From Mobula hypostoma (Eukaryota), in the NCBI RefSeq assembly GCF_963921235.1, contig NC_086097.1, forward strand, positions 216,010,001 to 216,074,000: a stretch of DNA of 64,000 nt, read 5' to 3'. How positions within the stretch are numbered: the stretch's first letter is position 1; each line of letters begins with the position of its first letter. The notes under the pieces are model-generated. The model was not told the origin of the DNA, searched no databases, and was given only the letters and a program-made list of their open reading frames with translations. Below, piece after piece: positions 1 through 10,475 of the stretch. A program made the position numbers and the translations under genes.

Positions 1-377
1 TATTCTTGCGGACCGGCCAACCGGGGGGGGGGGGGGGGGGGGGGGGAGGGGGAGGGAGGGGTAGGGTTGCCAACGGACAAGAGTAGCAGTCAAATACGTT
101 GTGTTTACCCCAGAAAGATTACAATGACCATGAAGCTTTGCGCGGGCACCAGTGCGCATCGCATCGTGTACGTGCCGATTTTTCTACAAATCGTTTTTGG
201 CGACTCTGTTCGGGGGGTGTTAATCACGACCGGAATATAGGTGATAAGTGGCTAATACTCTCAATTTCATTTCTAAAAGGGTTTATCTAACGAATTTAAT
301 ATTAAACACACAGCGCATATTTTCCTCACATGCATATAGTGATAAGTCAATTATCGGGAGGACAGGAAGTAAGTGTT

Positions 378-570
378 GAACGAACTTCCAGTAGAAGTGG
401 CAGAAGCAGGTCCGATATTATTATTCAAAGAAAAATTGGATAGGTATACAGACAGGAATGGAGGTTTATGAGCTGAGTGCAGGTCAGTGTGCCTAGGTGA
501 GAATAGCGTTCGGCACGGACTAGAAGGGCAGAGGTGGCCTGTTTCTGTGCTGTAATTGTTATATGGTTAC
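378..570 (+). mobile_element. CR1 LINE 3' end embedded in the hAT element
   Basis: NELPVEVAEAG-like end of ORF2, then a CR1 3'UTR (GAAGGGCAGAGGTGGCCTGTTTCTGTGCTGTA) and GTTATATG tail. ATAAGTCAAT occurs at 342-351 and 571-580. Confidence 0.7.
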
Positions 571-814
571 ATAAGTCAATAGCATCATAATATTTTAAAT
601 AACGTTTGGATATTAAACACACAGCACATATTTTCCTCGTATGAACATATAAAATCATTGCAACACACCAATATCGCTGAATCAGTGGGAACCCTGGGCT
701 TGTTTCCTGGCAACAAGACGGTGCCATCGAGGGGTGATGGGAGACAGTGATACTCGAAGGGAAATCCTCATGCCCAGTCTATTCCGCATTTTAGTTTTCA
801 TTGCATTCATTGCA

Positions 815-1000
815 GAGATATGTTGGAAATGGAAGCAATGTTTTCAGTGATTTCGTGGCTATCTCAGGATATTTAGCCTTGACTTTGATCCAGAATGCCG
901 GCAGAGATGTTATGTCAAACGTACTTTTCAGCCCGCCGTCATTTGCAAGCTTGAGGAGTTGATCTCCTTCCCGCACTGACATGGATGACACGCGGGTAAT
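815..1000 (-). pseudogene. hAT transposase C-terminal dimerisation-domain remnant
   Basis: Translates as DQLLKLANDGGLKSTFDITSLPAFWIKVKAKYPEIATKSLKTLLPFPTYLC, matching the FW...YP..A...L.PF..TYLCE pattern of Buster/Charlie transposases. Confidence 0.85.
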
Positions 1001-2155
1001 GACCTCGCGTGCGTTCAAGCTCAACAGTGTGCGACAGGGATGAGGAAAGGTGCAGCTGACTCATATCGCCAAATCATATCGTTTCCTCGCAGCCCGGTAG
1101 CGCATGCTTTGCAGCCCAGTGGTTGGGGACCCCTGATTTACACCACACTGTATTCTGAGTGCAAAGGTCAAAGTTCAAGGCTGGCGAGTCCGAAAGTTGA
1201 AGCTCCTAGGTCGTAAGTCTGGAAGTTGGAGTTCCACAGGTGGCCGGTTTTGGAGTTGGAGGCCCAGCTGTGTCTGTGGGTGGAGTGGTGGGAAAGGTGT
1301 TTGTTTACTTGTTGTTGGTGCTTGTCTGGTACGTTGGCTGCGTGTTGTTCTGCTGAACACTGTGGACAGATGATCTTGGTGCTGAAATGTGTGGCAACAC
1401 TTGCAGGCTGCCCCTATCACATCCTTAGATTGCATTGGTTGTTAATGCAAATAACACCTTTCACTAAATTTCAATGTACAGGTGATTAATTAGGAAATAC
1501 ATCTAATCTAATCCAACCCCACTGACTAAGAGTGATTGTAAATGTTCTGTTTTTATTATTCCCAAGTACTTTCAGAAACAAGAGCAAACCATCAAACAAT
1601 ATACAAAAGTCTACTTCCAGATCTGACTGCTCGCTAATCTGCGCCCCAGAATCAGAATCAGGGTTACTATCACCGACATGTCACAGAGTTTGTTACTTTG
1701 CAGCAGCAGTGCAGTGCAAGATGCAAAAACTGCTATAAGTTACAGAATAAATAAATAATGCAAAAGCTGAATAACAAGTTGGTGTTCAATGTCAGTTCAG
1801 ATATTTGATGGCAAAGGGGAAGAAGCTGCACCTGAAACATTGAGAGTGGATGCTGAGGCTCCTGTGCCCGCTCCATGATGGTACTAATGTAAAGAGGCCA
1901 CGCTCTGGATGGTGAGGATCCTTCAGACGGATGTCGCCTTCTGGAGGCACTGCCTCTTGCTGATGTCCTCGATGGAGGGAATGGTTGTACCTGTGGACAA
2001 GCCGGCCGAGTCTGCAACTCTCTGCAGTTTCCGCTGATCCTGGGCATTGGAATCTTCATACCAGGCGATGTTACAACCATTTAGAATGCTCTCCACTATA
2101 CATCTGTAGACATTTGCAAGGGTCATTGGTCACATCCCAAATCTCTTCAAGCACT

Positions 2156-3192
2156 TGTCACGTACCCCGTGACGGAGATAAAGAAACCAGCAGAACTAGA
2201 AACCACTTTGGAGTCCAGTATTGCTATTAACTACTAATATTTATTAGTAACTACACAATGCAGTAATATAAATGTAGATAAATCACACAGGTTAGCAATG
2301 ATTATATAAGTACGTAAATCAGTAAGTGTGGAAATATATGTATGAAAACCAAGCTTCCTTCAGTCTAGGGGTAAAAAGATACACTCTTACGATGTTGAGT
2401 AAAGTTCAGTTCAGTTCAGTTCAGTTCAGTTCGTGGTATTTAGTTGAGTAGTGATGGAGACAGGGAGAGACAGAGAGAGAGAGACAGACAGAGAGAGACA
2501 GAGAGAGAGAGACAGAGAGAGAGAGACAGAGAGAGAGAGAGTTGAGTCTCCAGGTGAGCTGATGCCATCGATCTTCTCGTCGTCCTCCGAAATCCTTTAC
2601 AAGTCACCGACTGTGACTTTAACCAGGGGGACCGGTCTTCTGTAGTGGAGCTATCACCCAGGCGAGGGTGGACACAGACACAACTCCCCACCAGTCAACC
2701 CCTTCTCCTCAAACTGGAATAGCAATTTGGATCGATCCGCCTGATCGATCCACCAAAACCCACTTTCTCTGCGGGCACAACAATGCTCATTCCGTGTCCA
2801 GATCATGTGTCCGAGGTCTGTATCATCTGACCTCATTTCACCAGGCTGAGCATCACCTGTCATTCAAAGAGTCCCTCCCTCCTTTGTCTGTAAAGGAAAT
2901 GCAAAAGCAGGCAACAAATCCTTGAAGAAATATCAACAACCTGCTGAAAATCATAACATCGAGTGTCCATTAAATAACACCACCTTCGGTCACCATAGCA
3001 ACTTTCGAGCTGTTCGGTGCTGTCTCCAACTCCAAACTCAGTAAAAATCCAAAGTTACTTCCAATGCCTTAAAGTGACAGTCCAACCGTTAATCTTCGCC
3101 TCTCTCTTCTTTCCAAAAAAACCATCAATGATGAATGTCTCTCTCTATCTCTCTTCAAACAGTTAATAGGGGCACTCCTGAATCCCCTCACA
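2156..3192 (-). mobile_element. Solo LTR (about 1037 bp), probably Ty3/Gypsy
   Basis: TG...CA termini (TGTCAC...CTCACA) with a perfect 4-bp TSD CACT at 2152-2155 and 3193-3196. It cleanly interrupts the Rex1 fragment. A minus-strand AATAAA near 2240 suggests the orientation. Confidence 0.8.
2403..2540. repeat. (AGTTC)n and (GA/GACA)n microsatellites inside the solo LTR
   Basis: About 6 AGTTC units at 2403-2433 and a GA/GACA tract at about 2455-2540, read directly. Confidence 0.95.
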
Positions 3193-3390
3193 CACTCAAT
3201 AAAATAGAGCCACAAGTGTGATGTTTTTGCAATTGCATCAATGCGTTGGGCCCAGGACAGATCCTCTGAGATGCTGATATTCAGGAACTTGAAGCTGCTC
3301 ACTCCTTCTACCAGTGACCCCTCAATAAGGGCTGGTCTGTGTTCTCCTGACTTCCTTTTCCAGAAGTCCACTATCAATTCCTTTGACATG

Positions 3391-5674
3391 ATAAGACCAT
3401 AAGACCATAAGACAAAGGAGCAGAAGTCGGCCATTCGGCCCATCGAGTCTTCTCCACCATTTTATCATGAGCTGATCCATTCTCCCATTTAGTCCCACTC
3501 CCCCCCCTTCTCACCATAACCTTTGATGCCCTGGCTACTCAGATACATATCAATCTCTGCCTTAAATACACCCAGTGCTGCCGGTGGCAACAAATTCCAT
3601 AGATTCACCACTCTCTGACTAAAAAAATTTCTTCGCATTTCTGTTCCGAATGGGCACCCTTCAATCCTTAAGTCATGCCCTCTCGTACTAGACTCCCCCA
3701 TCATGGGAAACAACTTTGCCACATGCACTCTGTCCATGCCTTTCAACATTCGAAATGTTTCTATGAAGTCTCCCCTCATTCATCTCAACTCCAAAGAATA
3801 CAGTCCAAGAGCGGACAAACGTTCCTCATATGCTAACCTTCTCATTCCCGGAATCATTCTAATGAATCTTCTCTGTACCCTCTCCAACGTCAGCACATCC
3901 TTTCTTAAATAAGGAGACCAAAACTGCCCATAGTACTCCAAGTCAGGTCTCACCAGCGCCTTATAGAGCCTCAACATCACATCCCTGCTCCTATACTCTA
4001 TTCCTCTAGAAATGAATGCCAACACTGCATTCGCCTTCTTCACTACCGACTCAACCTGAAGGTTAACCTTAAGGGTATCCTGTACGAGGACTCCCAAGTC
4101 CTGTTGCAGCTCAGAACTTTCAATTCTTTCCCCATTTATATAATAGTCTGCCCGTTTATTACTTCTGCCAAAGTGCATAACCATACACATTCCAACATTA
4201 TATTTCATTTGCCACTTCTTTGCCCATTCTTCCAATCTATCCAAGTCTCTCTGCACACTCTCCGTTTCCTCAGTACTACCAGCCCCGCCACCTATCTTCG
4301 TATCGTCAGCAAACTTGGCCACAAAGCCATCTATTCCATAATCCAAATCGTTGACGTACAATGTAAAAAGAAGTGGCCCCAACACGGACCCCTGTGGAAC
4401 ACCACTGGTAACCGGCAGCCAACCAGAATGGGATCCCTTTATTCCCACTCTCTGTTTTCTGCCAATCAGCCAACGCTCTATCCACGTATGTAACTTTCCC
4501 GTAATTCCATGGGCTCTTAACTTGTTAAGTAGCCTCATGTGTGGCACCTTGTCAAAGGCCTTCTGAAAATCCAAATATACGACATCCACTGCATCTCCCT
4601 TGTCTAGTCTACTGGTAATTTCCTCAAAAAATTGTAATAGGTTTGTCAGGCAGGATTTTCCTTTAAGGAATCCATGCTGAGTTCTGCCTATCTTGTCATA
4701 TGCCTCCAGGTACTCTGTAACCTCATCCTTGACAATCGATTCCAACAACTTCCCAACCAGGTCCTAACAGGTCTATAATTTCCTTTTTGCTTCCTTGCCC
4801 CCTTCTTAAATAGCGGAGTGACATTTGCAATCTTCCAGTCCTCCGGAACCATGCCAGAATCTATCGACTTTTGAAGGATCATCGCTAATGCCTCCGCAAT
4901 CTCCACAGCTACTTCCTTCAGAACACGAGGGTGCATTCCATCTGGTCCAGGAGATTTATCTACCTTTAGACTATTCAGCTTCCGGAGTACTTTCTCTGTC
5001 GTAATTGTGACTGCGCACACTTCTCTCACTGCCACCCTTGAGTGTCCGGTATACTGCTGACGTCTTCCTCGGTGAAGACTGATGCAAAATACTCGTTCAG
5101 TTCCTCCGCCATCTCCTTATCTCCCATTACAATTTCTCCAGCATCATTTTCTATCAGTCCTATATCTACTCTCACCTGTCTTTTACTCTTTATGTACTTG
5201 AAAAAGCTTTTAGTATCCTCTTTGGTATTATTTGCTAGCTTCCTTTCATAGTTAATCTTTTCCCTCTTAATAACCTTCTTAGTTTCCTTTTGTAAGCTTT
5301 TAAAAACTTCCCAATCCTCTGTCTTCCCACTAATTTTTGCTTCCTTGTATGCTCGCTCCTTTGCTTTAACTTTGGCTTTGACTTCTCTTGTCAACCACGG
5401 TTGCATCCTTTTTCCATTCAAAAATTTCTTCTTTTTTGGAATATACCTGTCTTGCACCTTCCTCATTTCTCGCATAAACTCCAGCCACTGCTGCTCTGCC
5501 ATCCTTCCCACCAGTGTCCCTTTCCAGTCAAGTTTGGCCAGGTCCTCTCTCATGCCACTGTAATTTCCTTTACTCCACTGAAATACTGACACATCAGATT
5601 TCAGCATCTGCAGAATTCCTCGTGTTTAAGATTTCGGCTTCTCTTTTTCAAATTTCACAGTGAACTCAATCATG
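3391..5674 (-). mobile_element. CR1 LINE, 5'-truncated, ORF2 RT with frameshifts
   Basis: ORFs 5026-5607, 4688-5035, 3780-4748 and 3489-3779 give KSPGPDGMHPRVLKE, WKIANVTPLFKKG, YLDFQKAFDKVPH, GVPQGSVLGPLLF, KFADDTK and FFSQRVVNLWN. (ATAAGACC)n 3' tail at 3391-3412. Confidence 0.97.
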
Positions 5675-6171
5675 TCGACACTGCGTGCAAGATTGTTGCA
5701 GCACCACTCAACTAACCAATCTATCTCAACCTTCTATGTATGCCTCTTTGGTGCCATCAAATTTTACCAACAGCGGCATCACTGGCAAATATATAGATGA
5801 TGTTCAAGCCATGCCTAGGCAGTGCCAAGTGTAGAGGAGTACGGCAGAGGGCTAAGCTTAGATCTGAGCCTATGTTTATTGTGACCTTGGAGGAAATGTT
5901 ATTGCATTTCACAGATGTAATGTCAGAATGGAAAGGATTTGCCTGGTGCAATCAAGCGCCCCATATTAACTTGCTAACTCTTTGGGAATCCAGACTCCAG
6001 TGAAGAGTACAGGTAAAATGAAGTATAGAAAGAGCACAACACTGCATTGCAAGACTGGGAGTAAAATATACACTCTCCTGCATTATTGGCATTGATATCT
6101 TGATGTCAAAGGAAGAGGAAAAAAAACAAGAAATGGCACGTTGAGTTTTATAGCCAAAATGGTTTTAGAAT

Positions 6172-7346
6172 CAATAAACACTTCTCAGGTTTCCAGCCGG
6201 GCACAAGCATCAATTTTAATCAACATTTCCGTGACAAACTCTGCCATCTTCATCAGGGATGATGCCTGGGCAAGTCTAGTCCAGTCGTATATATACCCCC
6301 GTCATCCATCTCTCCTGACCGGATGAGGACTAACCAATCAAGTTTCTGCTGTCCCACCTTTTTTATAATCGAATTCCAGATCTTACTTTGATCGTGACCT
6401 TCGTCTTTGTTTAAATTCTTTTCCTCTAGTTTTACTACAATGGTTTCATTCACCAGGCAGTCCCAAAAATCATTGGCTCAGCACAGTGGATTTGTGCTTT
6501 CGAAGTCAAGCTGCAGATTTCTCCTGGTAACCGAAACGGACACACCTCCTGTGCTCCTTGATTCGTGTGTCCACCACATGCCATGTCTGGCTGATATACA
6601 CTGCTCTGCATTCACAGGGAACCTGTAAATGTCAGCTATTCTGAGTCCCAGGTCATCTTTGACCCGCATAAGCTGTGATTTGAGCTAACAAGGAGGAATC
6701 CATTGCTACTGGCCGTCTTCCCTATATTTCTATTGTTTCTGGAAGGATCGCCAAGATCCTGAAGAAATACCGGATTAATACCATCCACCAACACATAAGG
6801 AAGGTCAAATTGCATCTTATGTGGGACAAAGATGACCTGGGGCTCAGGATGGATGGCGTTTACAAGATTCCCTGTGAATGTGGAGCAGTGTATATCAGCG
6901 AGATGGGGCAGACGGTGTAAACCTACATCAAGGGGCACAGGAGGTGTATCTGTTTGGACTACCCGGAGAAATCAGCATAGCAGAACATTGCATTCGCAAT
7001 GGCCATAGGATTGAGTTCAATGGCTTTTGGACCGCTTGGTGAAGGAAGCCATTGAAATAAAACTAGAGGAAAAGAAATTTAACAAAGACAAAGTCTCCCT
7101 CTAAGTAAACTTGAGTTTGATTGTAAACAAGGTGGGACAACGGAAATCTGATTAGATGAGGACTAACCAATCAGGAGAGACAGACTACAGGGGTATAAAT
7201 ACGACTGGACTAGACATCCCCAGGCATCATCACTGAAGAAGGCGGCAGAGTTTGTAATTGAAACATCAGTTAAAATCAATACCTATACCCAGCTGGAGGC
7301 CTGAGAAGAGTATATTAATTATATACACCAGGAAAGCACTAGATCC
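6172..7346. mobile_element. Penelope-like element family A: inverted 3' arm (6172-about 6680, minus) plus forward 3' arm and tail (about 6681-7346, plus)
   Basis: The forward arm encodes a GIY-YIG remnant (GVYKIPCECGAVYI..., EAIEIKL). Each arm carries a CTGA(T/A)GA...GAAA hammerhead core. Flanked by TGGTTTTAGAAT (6160-6171) and TGGTTTTAGTAT (7347-7358). Confidence 0.88.
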
Positions 7347-8059
7347 TGGTTTTAGTATGGCTTAAATTATCCAAGACCTTTACTATTTTTGGTAATATAA
7401 GACAGTGTGTAGCATACTTCAGGAGAACTAATCCATTCAAAAGAGTTTATCTCATTAGTAATCCTTCGCTATTACTTAATAGTGCAAAGATCTGAGTCCC
7501 TGGTTATATTTTTGACTTCTCGGAGTTTCATTCAATTCAAAAATTGCCTGAATTTTAATCACTCCTTTTGCCATTCTAACTATCTGTTTATTTAATGATC
7601 ACTACAGCAGTCACACCTCAAGGAATAGATGTAAATCTGTTACAAAATCAATATCACAAACATCATGTCGCAGTCATTTAATTGTCTTACATGTTCATTC
7701 ATAACTTTATCAGGATTAACTTTTAATTGCAAGCACCTGGTATGAGCCCAGCCCACTGGGAGAAGACGTAATGGAAACCACTGAGCCCATGATTTTCCTT
7801 CTATTAAAGCCAATGCATCTGCCCATTTCAGAATTTTAAATCAATTTATTTAAAATGATAGCAGGAGGACACTGAGCACAATTTACAATGGATGTAAAGA
7901 TTCTCAGAAGCTGTCAGCCTTAATAAACCTATTTGGAGTTTTTCTGCCTTCTCCCCACCCCACCCTACCTCACCTCAATGAACAGGTCAGCATTTCACCA
8001 AGTCACAGGGATAAAGAGCACATAGTCCACACTGATGATCAACTAACTATTTACCTAAT

Positions 8060-8930
8060 CCCTTCTGTATTCTCACATCATTTCATTAATGCTCCCTGAT
8101 CATACCACTCACTTACATACTAGGGTGAGTCTACAGCAGCCAGTTAACCAACCCACCCACATAACGTTGCAATATGGGAGAAGACTGGAGGAAACCCATA
8201 TAAGACCATAAGACAAAGGAGCAGAAGTCGGCCATTCGGCCCATCGAGTCTGCTCCGCCATTTTATCATGAGCTGATCCATTCTCCCATTTAGTCCCACT
8301 CCCCTGCCTTCTCACCATAACCTTTGATGCCCTGGCTACTCAGATACCTATCAATCTCTGCCTTAAATACACCCAATGACTTGGTCCCCACTGCTGCCCG
8401 TGGCAACAAATTCCATAGATTCAGCACCCTCTGACTAAAAAAATTTCTTTGCATTTCTGTTCCGAATGGGCACCCTTCAATCCTTAAGTCATGCCCTCTT
8501 GTACTAGACTCCCCCATCATGGAAAATAACTTTGCCACATCCACTCTGTCCATGCCTTTCAACATTCGAAATGTTTCTATGAGGTCTCCCCTCATTCTTC
8601 TAAACTCCAAGGAATACAATTCAAGAGCAGACAAACGTTCCTCATATGTTAACCCTCTCATTCCCGGAATCATTCTAGTGAATCTTGTCTGTACTCTCTC
8701 CAATGTCAGCACATTCTTTCTTAACTAAGGAGACCAAAACTGCCCACAGTACTCTAAGTGAGGTCTCACCAGCACCTTATAGAGCCTCAACATCACATCC
8801 CTGCTCCTATACTCTATCCCTCTAGAAATGAATGAATATAGTCAGAGGAACGACCACAAACAGTATCGGAGGTCAGAAGTCTACACAGGGCACTGGACTT
8901 GTGAGACAGTGGCTCAACATCTGTGCTGTT
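8060..8930 (-). mobile_element. Degraded tRNA/V-SINE-like element interrupted by CR1
   Basis: The flanks of the CR1 at 8199-8832 join into a SINE-like body (...GGAGAAGACTGGAGGAAACCCATA|GTCAGAGGAAC...). A similar piece lies at about 32560-32740. Confidence 0.4.
8199..8832 (-). mobile_element. CR1 LINE 3' end, same family as 3391-5674
   Basis: Near-identical to 3399-4018 with the same ATAAGACC tail. ORF 8290-8712 reads LERVQTRFTRMIPG...RGDLIETF. Confidence 0.95.
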
Positions 8931-9130
8931 CATCAGTCAAAAATTTACTAGCCAAAAAAAAGCATTAAAAATTACTACAGGTCCCCATGCAAACACATGG
9001 TGCAAACCTTTCTAATTTGATCAATTTAATCACATTAGTTTTATTATTATGATTAAAGATACAAAAAAAATTCATAGCAACCACGATTCTTTAGCTGAAC
9101 ATTTTAAATCTATCTGATTGAAAGAGTTAC

Positions 9131-9312
9131 CAGAACAAAGGAATTTTGGCTTTTGATACACTTAAAGTCGAACGACTGGGGTTGGTTTTTCAACTGGCTG
9201 GAGGGAATCTTTTACAGTGCTGGTTATTTCTTCAGGGTAGCTTGTAACAAACTAGGTGGCAAATCAGCAAGTGAATCCACCGTTCTTTACAAGAGCGTGA
9301 TGCAAGATAGAT
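9131..9312 (-). other. Candidate non-coding (UTR or lncRNA) exon, 182 nt
   Basis: Minus-strand acceptor TTTCTCTGTTGCTATTCCTAG| and donor CTG|GTAACT. Non-repetitive-looking, retains CpGs, has stops in all three frames and no ATG. Confidence 0.25.
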
Positions 9313-10149
9313 CTAGGAATAGCAACAGAGAAATATTTCACTTTATAGGAACTCTATTGCATAACCACACATTATAGTATTTACAATGATAGACCAAAAT
9401 GTGCCATAAAGTTTAGTCTAGCAACACCTTCCTCGATAAAAACCTATTCTTTGCAAAGTCCTCAGAGAATTTTACAACTGTTTATATTTTTTCTCATCCT
9501 GCAAACTTATATGTTTGGACACAAAATTAAAAAATGGAATGAATTTCATTATTTATCAGATGATTCCTGCACTGTTGAGAAAATGCAGCAGTAACGCTAA
9601 ACACAGAAAAATATAGTTCAACATTGGATAAGGAGTTAAAACAACTGATCATGCTAACAGCCACGATGCTGATTTGTTTGTAGTTCAAGTTCATTGTCAT
9701 TCAATCATACAAATGTATAACACCAACGAGACAATGTTCTTCCAGACCAAGGTGCACAACACAGTAAATATAACTTGCACACATAACACATGAAGCAATG
9801 TTACCACAAATAGATTAACAAATAAGCTGCAGTTAGTACAGCTAGTGAGCTGATATTGCACATCATTCGTATGCTTTCTTGAAAAGGAACCCAAGTGGCA
9901 CAACAAGAAATTGATGGAGAAAGTAATCTTGACAGCCACTAGTAATGCTGTCGCAAGGAAAAATGCATGCTTGCAGCAGCATCACTAATCTACAACTGAT
10001 CCCATGCTGATGTGAAGGTTGTAAAAAATCAAGTCTCTCACATATGTCACCAGGGACATATAACAGAGAACAAAGATGTTTGGAAGTTATGTCTGATCTT
10101 CCTGACCTTTAATTTAACACCTTATACTTCAGGTGTTAAGCACATGATG

Positions 10150-10475
10150 CTTAAGAGGCAGCCACAATCAATACTACCGGATGCTCAGGATGAGCAACAG
10201 TTTCTTCCCCCAGGCCATCAGGCTTCTGAACGTCCAGCTGCATCATATTCGAAGTGTCACTGGTTAATCTGTTGCAGTGCAATATTTAATATTAATGCAC
10301 TTTGGTTTGTTATTTATGTGTGATTCATCAGTACATTTTATCCTTACCTTGACAAGTTATCGCGTGTTATGTGTACTACCGTGCTTTCTACCCTGGTTCG
10401 GAGAAATGTTGTCTCAATTCTATATACATTATATGGTTATGTATGTTACATACATGTATAGAGTTAAATGACAAT
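10150..10475 (+). mobile_element. Rex1/Babar-type 3' end
   Basis: AACAGTTTCTTCCCCCAGGCCATCAGGCTTCTGAAC (NSFFPQAIRLLN) followed by a T-rich 3'UTR. Confidence 0.7.

Larger units (their letters stand above)
1..1135 (-). mobile_element. Non-autonomous hAT (Charlie/Buster-like) DNA transposon; other end lies left of the window
   Basis: Ends in GGTTGGGGACCCCTG (reverse complement CAGGGGTCCCCAACC, a Charlie/Buster-type TIR), followed by ATTTACAC, which fits the nnnTAnnn 8-bp Buster target. Internal remnant of the transposase C-terminus. Confidence 0.85.
1647..5900 (-). mobile_element. Old Rex1/Babar LINE 3' part, split into 1647-2155, 3193-3390 and about 5675-5900 by later insertions
   Basis: The pieces translate collinearly on minus: IYIFASDAAVG (decayed KFADDT), then KELIVDFWK...SFKFL.I.ISEDLSW, then YRCIVESILNGCNIAWY...KLQRV. 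(CAGAAT)n tail at about 1647-1660. Confidence 0.75.

Noticed and set aside
23..66. Poly-G run as a functional G-quadruplex
   Set aside because: It lies inside the hAT element, and homopolymer length is error-prone.
2451..2645. Arg/Glu-rich ORF
   Set aside because: It is a translation of the GA/GACA microsatellite.
3780..4748. 322-aa ORF as a functional host gene
   Set aside because: It is the RT part of a frameshifted, 5'-truncated CR1 ORF2.
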